Source: Spirochaetia bacterium
Lineage (GTDB): Bacteria > Spirochaetota > Spirochaetia > SZUA-6 > Bin103
Reading direction: 5' to 3'
DNA length: 64,000 bases
Assembly: GCA_965198005.1 (NCBI GenBank)
Contig: CBDAOI010000003.1
Span: forward strand, 352,001-416,000
In this document: piece after piece, positions 20,784-29,799 of the stretch
Position numbering within the stretch: position 1 is the stretch's first letter
Layout: each line of letters starts with the position of its first letter
Notes under the pieces: model-generated
What the model was told of the DNA's origin: nothing
Seen by the model: the letters and a program-made list of their open reading frames with translations, nothing else
Databases searched by the model: none
Program-made: the position numbers and the translations under genes

Positions 20784-21733
20784 GCGCGCACCGGCAGCGT
20801 CGCCAGCAGCACCGCCCGGGCGGTATGCTTGCGGTTCTCGGCCTGCTCCCACACCAGCGAGGCGTCACCCTCGAACACCTCGCCGGTCACCTCCTGCCCC
20901 CTCACCGCCGGAAGGTCGTGCATGAACACGCAGGCGGCGTTGCCGGTGCGGTCCAGCAGCGCGCGGTCGACCCGGTAGGGGGCAAGCAGCCGCAACCGTT
21001 CCTCGGCCTGCGCCTCTTCGCCCATGGAAACCCAGACGTCGGTGTACAGCGCGTCGGCCCCGGCTACCAGGTCCAGCTCGGTGCCGGCGTCGACGCTGCC
21101 GCCGGCGGCCTCGGCCAGCTTCTCACACCGTCCCAGAAGCGCCTCCTCCGGCATTAGTTCACGCGGTCCCACGGCGCGAAAGTTCATGCCCATCAGCGCG
21201 CAGCCGATCATCAGCGAGCTCGCGATGTTGTTGCGCGCGTCGCCGACGTACGCCAGGGTCAGCCCCGCCAGACGCCCGCAGTGCTCCTCGAGGGTCATCA
21301 GATCGGCCAGCACCTGCGTCGGGTGCCGGGTATCGGTAAGGCCGTTGTGCACCGGCACGCCGGCGTAGCGCGCCAGCGTGGCCACGGTCTCCTGCCGGTA
21401 GCCGCGGAACTGAATCGCGTGGAACATCCGCCCGAGCACGCGGGCGGTATCTTCCAGCGACTCCTTCCTGCCCAGATGGATCTCCTGCGCACCCAGGAAC
21501 ACCGGATGGCCCCCCTCTTCGCCGAACGCGGTCTCGAACGCGCATCGGGTGCGGGTCGAAGGTTTCTCGTAGAGCAGGGCCATGGACAGTCCGAGGAAGC
21601 GCTGGTGGACGCGGCCGGCGCGGTGCTCGCGCTTGGCTGCGTGTGCGAGGTCCAGCAGCAACCGGACGTCGGCCGCCGCAAAGTCGCTCAGCGTAAGCAG
21701 CGACCGGCCCAGCAGGTGGCTGTTGACTTTCAT
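20780..21733 (-). CDS. argF: Ornithine carbamoyltransferase
   Basis: STRTR, NGLT..HPTQ, GDARNN, DVWVSMG, FMHDLP, QAENRKH. Confidence 0.92.
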   Translation of the reverse strand: MKVNSHLLGRSLLTLSDFAAADVRLLLDLAHAAKREHRAGRVHQRFLGLSMALLYEKPSTRTRCAFETAFGEEGGHPVFLGAQEIHLGRKESLEDTARVLGRMFHAIQFRGYRQETVATLARYAGVPVHNGLTDTRHPTQVLADLMTLEEHCGRLAGLTLAYVGDARNNIASSLMIGCALMGMNFRAVGPRELMPEEALLGRCEKLAEAAGGSVDAGTELDLVAGADALYTDVWVSMGEEAQAEERLRLLAPYRVDRALLDRTGNAACVFMHDLPAVRGQEVTGEVFEGDASLVWEQAENRKHTARAVLLATLPVRA

Positions 21734-21867
21734 TCCGACAATCCCGCCTCTCGCGTCTCGTGGAAAGAGAGGAACGTACCGGATGCGCCGGGAAGCTGCA
21801 AGCGAGTCGTTCCTTATTTCCTTATTGCACGTGCGACGGCTTCGTGCGTTTGCTCCGGTGGGGAAGG

Positions 21868-21896
21868 TTGACAGGAGCGCGACGATGCGGCATGTT
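21868..21896 (+). promoter_or_regulatory. Putative sigma70 promoter of tRNA-Leu
   Basis: TTGACA-17 bp-CATGTT, 10 bp before the tRNA. Confidence 0.5.
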
Positions 21897-21906
21897 TCAG
21901 CGTCGC

Positions 21907-21991
21907 GCTGCGGTGGTGGAATTGGTAGACACGCTAGCTTGAGGGGCTAGTGGGCGTTCAGCCCGTGAAGGTTCAAGTCCTTTTCGCAGCA
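21907..21991 (+). tRNA. tRNA-Leu(GAG); CCA not encoded
   Basis: Acceptor GCTGCGG/TCGCAGC, D-arm TGGTGGAATTGGTAGACAC, anticodon stem CTAGC-TTGAGGG-GCTAG, long variable arm, GGTTCAAGTCC. Confidence 0.95.
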
Positions 21992-22014
21992 GCCAGTCGC
22001 GTGTTCATTGCGCG

Positions 22015-22977
22015 CTACGGCAGCAGCAGCAGCTTGCCGACGGTGGCGCGGCCGGCAAGGTCGCGGTGGGCGTCGGCCGCGGCCGCCAACGGGTATTCGC
22101 GGTGGATCAGGACGTCCAACGCGCCGGCGGCGATCCACCCGAACAGCTCGGTGCTGCGGGACACCAGCTCGGCGCGGTCGGAGATATGGTCCAGCAGGCC
22201 GGGACGGGTCAGATACAGCGAGCCGTGCCGCGCCAGCAGCCCCGGGCTGAAGTCGGTAATCGGCCCGCTGGACTGGCCGTAGCTCACCAGAAAGCCGCGC
22301 CGGCGCAGGGAGGCCAGCGAGCCCTGGAGGGTGGCCTGCCCTACCGCGTCGTACACCACGTGAACCCCCACGCCGCCGGTGCGGCGCCTCGTTTCTCCGG
22401 CGAAGTCGTCGTAGCCCAGCACGTGGTCGGCGCCCAGGGCGCGCACCAGATCCGCCTTGGCGGCGGAAGAGACGGTCGCGAACACCGTGGCGCCGCGCCG
22501 CTTCGCCATCTGTACCAGCAGCCGTCCCACGCCGCCGGCAGCAGCGTGGACCAGCACCGCGTGGTCCGCCCCCAGCGGCACGGTGCTGGTGGTCAGATAG
22601 TGGGCCGTGAGTCCCTGCAGGGTAGCCGCGGCCGCCACCCTGCCGGAGATCGCGTCCGGCAGCCCGACCGCGGCCGCGGCCGGCACGATCGCGTACTCGG
22701 CGTACGAGCCGCGGATCATCGCGTAGGCGACGCGCGTCCCCGGTGCGACGCCGGTCACCCCGTCACCGACGGCGTCCACCACCCCGGCCCCCTCCATGCC
22801 GGGGGTGAACGGCGGGTCGATGCGCATCGCGCCGGAGCGCTGGTGGAGGTCGATGAAATTGACGCCTGCCGCCTCCAGCTTGATGCGAATTTCTCCCGAG
22901 CCAGGCTCGGGAACGGGTAGATCGGTCGGTACCAGTGCCTCGGGTGGGCCGGGGTGCGAAACCTGAATGGCACGCAT
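22015..22977 (-). CDS. qor: Quinone oxidoreductase (zeta-crystallin type)
   Basis: AAGVNFID, PGMEGAG, LQGLTAHYL, HAAAGGVG, GQSSG. Confidence 0.92.
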   Translation of the reverse strand: MRAIQVSHPGPPEALVPTDLPVPEPGSGEIRIKLEAAGVNFIDLHQRSGAMRIDPPFTPGMEGAGVVDAVGDGVTGVAPGTRVAYAMIRGSYAEYAIVPAAAAVGLPDAISGRVAAAATLQGLTAHYLTTSTVPLGADHAVLVHAAAGGVGRLLVQMAKRRGATVFATVSSAAKADLVRALGADHVLGYDDFAGETRRRTGGVGVHVVYDAVGQATLQGSLASLRRRGFLVSYGQSSGPITDFSPGLLARHGSLYLTRPGLLDHISDRAELVSRSTELFGWIAAGALDVLIHREYPLAAAADAHRDLAGRATVGKLLLLP

Positions 22978-22986
22978 GGTCTCCCC

Positions 22987-23982
22987 TTAATCCCAGTCCA
23001 GCGCACCCGCGGTCTGGTATTCGGTAACGCGGGTCTCGAAGAAGTTCTTTTCCTTGTTGAGGTCCATGGTCTGCCCCATCCACGGGAACGGGTTGGGGGT
23101 CTGGTACTGGCGCGGCAGCCCGATCCGCTCCAGGCGGCGGTCGGCGACGTACTCCACGTAGTTGGCGAACTGCCCGGCATTGATGCCCAGCAGCCCGTCG
23201 GGGCAGGCATCGCAGGCGTACGCCTGCTCGAATTCGACTCCGCGCCGCACCAGACGCACGGTCTCCGCCTGCAGCTCCGCGGTCCAGGCCGCCGGATACT
23301 CCTGCTTGATGGTGTTGATCAGGTCGCACCCGAACGCCAGGTGCAAGCTCTCGTCGCGCATGATGAACTCGAACTGCTCGCCGATGCCGATCATCTTGCC
23401 CTGCCGTTTGAGGGCCAGCATCATCGCGAACCCGGCGTAGAAGAAGATGCCCTCCATGATCACGTAGTAGCCGATCAGGTCGCGCAGGAAGCGCTGCACG
23501 TTGCCGGTGCCGGCGGTGGTGAAGCCGGGATCGAAGATCGAGCGGGTGAGGTCGATCACGAATCCGTCCTTGTCGCGGATGCTGGGGATGGTGTGATACA
23601 TCGTGTAGATCTCGTCCGGATCGAGACCGAGGGAGTCGCAGCAGTAGATGAAGGTGTCGGTGTGGATCGCTTCCTCGAACGCTTGGCGCAGCAGATACTG
23701 ACGGCACTCCGGGTTGGTCACGTGGCGGTAGACCGACAGCACGATGTTGTTCGCGGTCAGCGACTCGGCGGTGGAGAAGAACCCCAGGTTCCACAGAATC
23801 AGCCGGCGCTCGGTCGCGCTGAGCACGTCGGGCGACTTCCACTGCTCGACGTCCTTCTGCATCGAGACCTCTTCCGGCACCCAGTTGTTGGCGACGCCGT
23901 TCTTGTAGTACTCGCGCGCCCACCGATAGGTGAGCGGCAGGATCTTGTTGGGGTCGGTGGTGGGGGCGCTGATGATGGCCAT
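22987..23982 (-). CDS. nrdB: Ribonucleotide reductase beta subunit, class Ic (Mn/Fe) type
   Basis: Ligands E73, E104, H107, E177, E211, H214; Phe111 at the radical-Tyr position; C-terminal NFFETRVTEY. Confidence 0.93.
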   Translation of the reverse strand: MAIISAPTTDPNKILPLTYRWAREYYKNGVANNWVPEEVSMQKDVEQWKSPDVLSATERRLILWNLGFFSTAESLTANNIVLSVYRHVTNPECRQYLLRQAFEEAIHTDTFIYCCDSLGLDPDEIYTMYHTIPSIRDKDGFVIDLTRSIFDPGFTTAGTGNVQRFLRDLIGYYVIMEGIFFYAGFAMMLALKRQGKMIGIGEQFEFIMRDESLHLAFGCDLINTIKQEYPAAWTAELQAETVRLVRRGVEFEQAYACDACPDGLLGINAGQFANYVEYVADRRLERIGLPRQYQTPNPFPWMGQTMDLNKEKNFFETRVTEYQTAGALDWD

Positions 23983-23985
23983 CGG

Positions 23986-26904
23986 TTACTGGCAGACCTC
24001 GCAGGACTCGTCGTCGGCGCAGCCGGGCCGGGCCGCGACCGGGGCCGCGACCGGGGCCGGCGCCGCGGTCGGGGACGGCGGATCGTGGGCGGCCGCGGTG
24101 CCGTTGCCGGCCACGGCTGCCGGCACGCCGGTGCCCGCGATCGCAGCGCCGGAGCCGGCAGCACCGGCGCCCGCCGGCCGGGCTGTGGCGGCGGCGGCGC
24201 GGCGCTGGGTAAAGCCGTAGGCCGCCCCCAGGGTGGCCTTCTCCACTTGCGACGCCGCCATGGTGCGCAGGTAGTAGGTGGTCTTCAGCCCGAGCTTCCA
24301 CGCGAACTGGTAGATGTCGCTCAGCAGGCGGCCCGAAGTGCCCTGCATGAACACGTTGAGCGACTGGCTCTGGTCGATCCACTTGCCGCGCGCGGCCGCC
24401 AGCCGGAGGTACCAGCGCGGGTCGATCTCGAACGCCACCTTGTACTTGTTGCGCAGGTGCTCGGGGAGCCGGCGCATCGGTTGCAGGCTGCCGTCGTGAT
24501 ACTTCAGCTCGTCGGCGAGCTCCCGGCTCCAGAGGCCGGCGGCCCGCAGGTCCGCCACCAGGTAGGGGTTGATGACGGTGAACTCGCCGCTGATGTTGCT
24601 CTTCACGTAGATGTTCTTGTAGGGCGGCTCGAAGCTCGGGAAGCAGCCGGCGATGTTGGAGATGGTCGCCGTGGGCGCGATCGCCATGGTGTTGGAGTTG
24701 CGCATGCCGTGGCGGGCGACGTGGGCGCGCACCGGCTCCCAGTCCAGCGCGCCGCCCTGCTCCACCTCCAGCGCCAGGCCGCGCTCCTGCTCCAGGAGCT
24801 GCAGCGTGTCGTGGGGGAGCAGGCCGCGCTCCCACTTGGAGCCGGCGTAGCTGCCGTAGGGGCCGCGCTCGGCCGCGAGCCCGGACGAGGCCAGAATCGC
24901 GTGGTAGGAGATCAGCTCCATGATGCGGTCGACCGTGGTGAGGGTGGCCGGATCCTCGAACGGCAGGTCGAGCTTGAACAGGGCGTCCTGCAGTCCCATG
25001 ATCCCCAGCCCCACCGGGCGGTGCCGCAGGTTCGAGGCTCTCGCTTCCTCCGTGGGATAGAAGTTGATGTCGATCACGTTGTCGAGCATGCGCATCGCCA
25101 CGCTGACGGTGTCGGCCAGCAGCTCGCGATCGATCCCGTCCGCGCTGACGTGCTTCTCCAGGTTGACCGAGCCCAGATTGCACACCGCGGTCTCGTCGGC
25201 CGAGGTGTTGAGGGTGATCTCGGTGCACAGGTTGGAGCTGTGCACCACGCCGGCGTGATCCTGCGGACTGCGGACGTTGCACGGGTCCTTGAAGGTGATC
25301 CACGGGTGCCCGGTCTCGAACAGCATGCCGAGCATCTTGCGCCACAGCTTGACCGCCGGCAGGGTGCGGTGGCGCTTGAGCCTGCCGGCCCGGGCCAGCT
25401 CCTCGTAGTGGCAGTAGCGCTGCTCGAAGCGGCGCCCGTACAGCTCGTGCAGATCGGGCGTCTCGTCGGGCGAGAACAGCGTCCAGTCCTCGTTGGCCAG
25501 CACCCGCTTCATGAACAGGTCCGGGATCCAGTTGGCGGTGTTCATGTCGTGGGTGCGGCGCCGCTCGTCGCCGGTGTTGCGGCGCAGGTCGAGGAAGTCC
25601 TCGAGGTCCAGGTGCCACGACTCGAGGTACGCGCAGGTGGCGCCGCGCCGCTTGCCGCTGCGGTTGATCGCCAGGGTGACGTCGCTGGCGATCTTGAGAA
25701 ACGGCACCACGCCCTGGCTCTCCACCCCGGTGCTGTGGATGGTGGCTCCGGTGGCGCGGATGTTGCTCCAGTCGTTGCCCAGGCCGCCGGACCACTTGGA
25801 GAGCTGGGCGTTGTCGCTGAACGCCTTGAAGATGCTGGTGAGGTCGTCGCCGATGGTGGTCAGGTAGCAGGAGCTGAGCTGCGGGCGGCTGGTGCCGGCG
25901 TGGAACAGGGTCGGCGTGGAGGGCACGAAGCGCAGGCTGGAGATCAGCTCGTAGAAGCGGATCGCCTGCTCGTCGCGCCGCTCCTCGGCCAGCGCCACGC
26001 CCATCGCCACCCGCATCCAGAACGCCTGCGGCGTCTCCACCACCGCTCCCGCGACGCGGGTGAAGTAGCGCTCGTGCAGCGTCTGGATGCCCATGTAGAG
26101 CAGCAGGTCGTCGCGTTCCGGGCGCAGCGCCGCGGCCAGCCGCTCCAGGTCGAAGGTCAGCAGCCGGCGATCGAAGGCGCCGGCGCCGACCCCGTGCTCC
26201 AGGCCGTCGCGGAACGCCAGCCGGTAGTCGGCGGCCAGCCGCTCCCGGTGCAGCGGGGCGCCGATCACCTCCTTGTAGATGCGTTGCAGGAACAGGCGGG
26301 CGGCGAGCTGGCTGTACGCCGGGTCGCGCTCGATGAACGAGGCACAGGCCAGCAGCAGCGCCTTCTCGATCTCGGTGGTGGAGATGCCGTCGTAGATGTT
26401 GCGGATCGTCTCGCGCGCCACCTCGTCCACGGCCACCGCCGCGGCCAGGCTGGGCCCGCCGGCGCCGCTGTCTCCCGCCGCGGCGCGGCGAATGCTGCGG
26501 GTGAGCTTGGCGATGTCGAACAGCACCTTGCGGCCGGCGCGCGTCTGCACGGTGAGCCGGCCGAGCAGAGACTCGCGCGCCACCCGCTCCTTGCGCTGCT
26601 CGCGCGCCATCTGGCGCTCCGCCCGATACAGGATGTACGCCTTGGCGATCTCGTACAGGCCGTTCTTGACCAGATGCTTCTCTACGATGTCCTGGATGTT
26701 CTCGACGTTGGGGTAGAGCTCGGTGAAGCGGGTATCGAGCTCGCCGATCACGTCCGTCACCACCGCGCCCAGGGTGCCGTTCTCCAGAGTGTCCCATTGG
26801 TCGCGCGGGGCGGCGGCGCGGATCGCCTTCGAGATCGCTACGCGAATGCGTTCGCGGTCGAAGTCGACCACCTCGCCGGTCCGCTTGATAACCATCAGGC
26901 TCAT
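23986..26904 (-). CDS. nrdA: Ribonucleotide reductase alpha subunit with two ATP-cones
   Basis: TPTLF, QLSSCYL, SSNLCTEI, APTATIS, KTTYYLR, C-terminal CxxC; ATP-cones start at VIKRTG and VQTRAG. Confidence 0.97.
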   Translation of the reverse strand: MSLMVIKRTGEVVDFDRERIRVAISKAIRAAAPRDQWDTLENGTLGAVVTDVIGELDTRFTELYPNVENIQDIVEKHLVKNGLYEIAKAYILYRAERQMAREQRKERVARESLLGRLTVQTRAGRKVLFDIAKLTRSIRRAAAGDSGAGGPSLAAAVAVDEVARETIRNIYDGISTTEIEKALLLACASFIERDPAYSQLAARLFLQRIYKEVIGAPLHRERLAADYRLAFRDGLEHGVGAGAFDRRLLTFDLERLAAALRPERDDLLLYMGIQTLHERYFTRVAGAVVETPQAFWMRVAMGVALAEERRDEQAIRFYELISSLRFVPSTPTLFHAGTSRPQLSSCYLTTIGDDLTSIFKAFSDNAQLSKWSGGLGNDWSNIRATGATIHSTGVESQGVVPFLKIASDVTLAINRSGKRRGATCAYLESWHLDLEDFLDLRRNTGDERRRTHDMNTANWIPDLFMKRVLANEDWTLFSPDETPDLHELYGRRFEQRYCHYEELARAGRLKRHRTLPAVKLWRKMLGMLFETGHPWITFKDPCNVRSPQDHAGVVHSSNLCTEITLNTSADETAVCNLGSVNLEKHVSADGIDRELLADTVSVAMRMLDNVIDINFYPTEEARASNLRHRPVGLGIMGLQDALFKLDLPFEDPATLTTVDRIMELISYHAILASSGLAAERGPYGSYAGSKWERGLLPHDTLQLLEQERGLALEVEQGGALDWEPVRAHVARHGMRNSNTMAIAPTATISNIAGCFPSFEPPYKNIYVKSNISGEFTVINPYLVADLRAAGLWSRELADELKYHDGSLQPMRRLPEHLRNKYKVAFEIDPRWYLRLAAARGKWIDQSQSLNVFMQGTSGRLLSDIYQFAWKLGLKTTYYLRTMAASQVEKATLGAAYGFTQRRAAAATARPAGAGAAGSGAAIAGTGVPAAVAGNGTAAAHDPPSPTAAPAPVAAPVAARPGCADDESCEVCQ

Positions 26905-26926
26905 GTATGTCCCCTCCCGGTTGCGG

Positions 26927-27181
26927 TCATTCCTGCCGCGTGGCCTCGGGCCAGAGCTCGCGCTGGCCGGACGCCGGCACTTCTTTTTCCAATCGGGCGA
27001 TCACCGCCAGGTACTCGCCGTCGTCGTGCGCGCGCCGCACGTCCTGTTCAATCAGCTCGATCACGCGCCGGGTCATGGCGGTTCCCCGCAGGGCGCACAG
27101 CGCCCGGAACTGCTCACGCAGTCCCAACGGCACCTGTCTGACGTTGATAGCGCCGAACGAGCGACTGCCCGCCATGGTCAA
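26927..27181 (-). CDS. Small ribbon-helix-helix-like protein, putative regulator of nrdAB
   Basis: AINVRQVP-LGLREQFRALCALRG-TAMTRRVIELIEQ matches the RHH strand-helix-G-helix pattern; GGGAG RBS; 22 bp gap to nrdA. Confidence 0.6.
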   Translation of the reverse strand: MTMAGSRSFGAINVRQVPLGLREQFRALCALRGTAMTRRVIELIEQDVRRAHDDGEYLAVIARLEKEVPASGQRELWPEATRQE

Positions 27182-27254
27182 CTCCCTGCGAATCTCTGCC
27201 GTCGCGGCGGCGGTCGGGCGGAAGCCGAACGACCGTCACGGACCCGAACTTACC

Positions 27255-27283
27255 AGAGTATCACTAGTATCATGGGCAAGCAA
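27255..27283 (-). promoter_or_regulatory. Putative promoter of the RHH-nrdAB operon with overlapping direct repeat
   Basis: TTGCTT-17 bp-TACTCT; TGATACT-AG-TGATACT lies across the spacer and -10 box. Confidence 0.55.
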
Positions 27284-27288
27284 GCGGG

Positions 27289-27718
27289 TCAAGCGGTCAT
27301 AGCGGTCATGGTTGCGGCGGCGCCGGGGAGGCGGGGTCGATCGCGCGCATGGTCCGTCGTACAGGCCTCGACCCCGGCGCAGGAGGCGGCGGCAAACAGC
27401 GCGCCGGCCGCTCCCAGCGTCCAGCGCGCGGCCGCGGGCCGGGCCGGCCACCGCGCCCTGACCCACGCCGCGCCGCGCACCGCAAGGTCCGACCCGATCA
27501 GCAGCCACCGCGGAATCACGACGAAAATGAAGCGATATTCCTTGTGCGCCGGCACGGAATGGGTCAACAGCACCAGGGCAATCAGTCCGAGGAGCAATGC
27601 GTAACGCCGCGGTGACCCCTGCGCCCCCGCCAGGCACACTACGCTCAACCCGCCGCCGGCGAGCATCAGCCACCAGGGGAGCTGCCATGCCGGCCCCGCG
27701 TCGAGGTGCGCCGCTCAT
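27289..27718 (-). pseudogene. Internally deleted GT-C mannosyltransferase (GT22, PIG-B/Alg9-like) remnant
   Basis: HSVPAHKEYRFIF motif with flanking TM segments; only ~130 aa remain; directly downstream of the DPM synthase gene. Confidence 0.6.
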
Positions 27719-27742
27719 CGTCCGCCGCCCCCGGTGGCGCCG

Positions 27743-28843
27743 TCAGCCGCGGCGGCCGTCCGTTGCGCGGCGATAGACGTAGCGGTTGGCGACCACGAAA
27801 TTGACCAGGCCGCCGAGCACGACGCCGAGCACGAGCGCCAGCAGGCGGTGGCGGGCGAACAGTGCGACGAAACTGGTCAACAGCGTGTAGGTCCCGACGT
27901 TGACTCCCAGCCCGAGCACGCTGCTGACGACGAACCTGGTCCATTGCCGCGCGCGCTGGTGTCGCGGTCGCTCGTCGAAGGTCAGGGCGCGATTGATCAG
28001 CCAGTTCCAGGTCACGGACGGCCAGAACGAGGTGAACCGGGCCAGCCGGTGCTCGAGGCCGAGGCCCTGCAGCCCGAGGTAGCACGCCAGGTCGATCACG
28101 AAGCCGCTTACTCCAACGAGGCCGAAGCTGATGAAGCGCGCGGCATCGCCGTACCGGTAGCGGTACAGGCGGTGGAGATGGTGCAGGTAGTTGAGCTGCT
28201 GGCGCAGGTTCATCTTGCTCTCGCCCCGGTCGCGGTCGGCAAAGCCGATCGGCACCTCCGTGACCCGCATCCGGCCGCGCACCATCAACTCCAGCCCGAT
28301 CTTGTAGCCGATGGGGCGCAGTTGCTCCAGGTCGGGCAGCCCCCGGCGGTCGGTTGCGAAGAACCCCGACATCGGATCGGAGCAGCGCACCAGCGGCAGC
28401 GCCAGCAGGGTTGCCACGCGGGAGTTCAGCCGGCGCCGGAGGCCCCAGCCGGCATCGACTTCACCGCCCGGCGCATATCTGCTGCCGACGGCGAAGTCGC
28501 ACTCGCCGTCCAGGGCCGCGAGCAGGGCGCCGATCCGTTCGGGGGGATGTGAAAGGTCCGCGTCCATCACCACCAGCCGGTCGAACCGCGCGCGGCGGAT
28601 GCCGTGCAGCACGGACAGCGACAGGTCGCGCGGCGGGTCGCGGCGCACCTCCACGTGCACCGGGGCCTGGCGCGCCAGCTCCGCGACCACCGTCTCGCTG
28701 CCGTCCTGCGAGTCGTCGTCGACGAAGATCAGCTCCCACTCGATTCCCGCGTTCGCCAGCGCCGCCTGCACGCGCCGCACGAGCGTGGGAATGTTCGCCG
28801 CCTCCCGAAACGTCGGCACCACGATCGACACACCCTGCCCCAT
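27743..28843 (-). CDS. Polyprenol-phosphate mannose synthase (GT2, DPM1-like) fused to a GtrA-type flippase domain
   Basis: IVVPTFRE, VDDDSQDG, MDADLSHPP, DPMSGFF, GESKM, followed by a 4-TM GtrA domain. Confidence 0.88.
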   Translation of the reverse strand: MGQGVSIVVPTFREAANIPTLVRRVQAALANAGIEWELIFVDDDSQDGSETVVAELARQAPVHVEVRRDPPRDLSLSVLHGIRRARFDRLVVMDADLSHPPERIGALLAALDGECDFAVGSRYAPGGEVDAGWGLRRRLNSRVATLLALPLVRCSDPMSGFFATDRRGLPDLEQLRPIGYKIGLELMVRGRMRVTEVPIGFADRDRGESKMNLRQQLNYLHHLHRLYRYRYGDAARFISFGLVGVSGFVIDLACYLGLQGLGLEHRLARFTSFWPSVTWNWLINRALTFDERPRHQRARQWTRFVVSSVLGLGVNVGTYTLLTSFVALFARHRLLALVLGVVLGGLVNFVVANRYVYRRATDGRRG

Positions 28844-28866
28844 GCCGCGACCACTATACTACGCCG

Positions 28867-29799
28867 CTATACTACGCCGCCGGCTCCGGCGATCCGCAGC
28901 ACCCCGGCGTACTCTTCGACGAGGCCGTCCGCGGTCAGCGCCTGCAGCACCGCGTGCAGCCGGTCGGCCGGGAACGGGCATTGCCGGCGCAGCGCGGCCG
29001 CGGGCACCGGCGGCTGCGCTGCCAGCGTCCGGATCACCCAGCCGCGCACCTGCCGGGCGGACCCGGCGAAGGGCGACTGGCGCGCATAGTGCGCGCTGCG
29101 CCGGTTGGGATTGGCGCCGCGGCCGAGGGCGGCGCCGTAGTCCATCAGGGCGTAGTACCACTGCCGCGGCCGCCGGCGGTCCAGGGTGCGGGAGATCAAC
29201 GGCAGCAGCAGGCCATCCGGCACCGCCTCCGCGGCCGGGAAGAAGTGGTGCAGGTAGACCCGCCGGATGTTGGTTTCGATGAACACCACGGGACGCTCGA
29301 AGGCGAACGCCAGCAGGGCCCCGGCGGTAGCTTGTCCCACCCCCGGGAGCTGCAGCAGCAGGTCGCGGTCGGCCGGGAGCGCGCCGGCGTGGCGGGCGCA
29401 CACGAGCTGCGCCGCGCGCTGCAGCGCCAGCGCGCGGCGGTTGTATCCCAGGCCGCTCCAAACCTGCAGCACGCCGTGCAGCGGGGCCCGGGCCAGCGCC
29501 GCCGAATCGGGAAACCGCGTGAGGAAGCGGGGGTAATGGCGGGCCACCCGCTCCACCTGGGTTTGTTGCAGCATCACCTCGGACACCAGGATGGCGTACG
29601 GGTCCCGCGTCAGGCGCCACGCGAGCGCCCGGTAGTGCTGCCGGAAGCGGTCGTACACGCGGCGCCGAAACCGGGCGACCGCGGCCGCGGTCAGGGCCGG
29701 CGGCAGCGGCCGTGCGGGTGCGGAGCGCTGAGCGCCGGGGCCGCCGCCGGCCTCGTGTTGGTATGCCGCGCCAGCCGCCGCTCGCACCTCAGCTACCAT
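28867..29799 (-). CDS. mutY: A/G-specific adenine glycosylase (short MutY, HhH-GPD)
   Basis: PYAILVSEVMLQQTQV, WSGLGYNRRA, LPGVG..TA, ETNIRRV, ALMDYG; start uncertain. Confidence 0.85.
   Translation of the reverse strand: MVAEVRAAAGAAYQHEAGGGPGAQRSAPARPLPPALTAAAVARFRRRVYDRFRQHYRALAWRLTRDPYAILVSEVMLQQTQVERVARHYPRFLTRFPDSAALARAPLHGVLQVWSGLGYNRRALALQRAAQLVCARHAGALPADRDLLLQLPGVGQATAGALLAFAFERPVVFIETNIRRVYLHHFFPAAEAVPDGLLLPLISRTLDRRRPRQWYYALMDYGAALGRGANPNRRSAHYARQSPFAGSARQVRGWVIRTLAAQPPVPAAALRRQCPFPADRLHAVLQALTADGLVEEYAGVLRIAGAGGVV

Noticed and set aside
21907-22015. tRNA-Leu as an island integration site
   Set aside because: No duplicated tRNA 3' end or integrase; qor converges immediately
22763-27141. 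1344-aa and 1395-aa ORFs overlapping nrdAB
   Set aside because: Alternative-frame and antisense shadows rich in Arg/Gly/Ala/Pro; the real genes are nrdA, nrdB and qor
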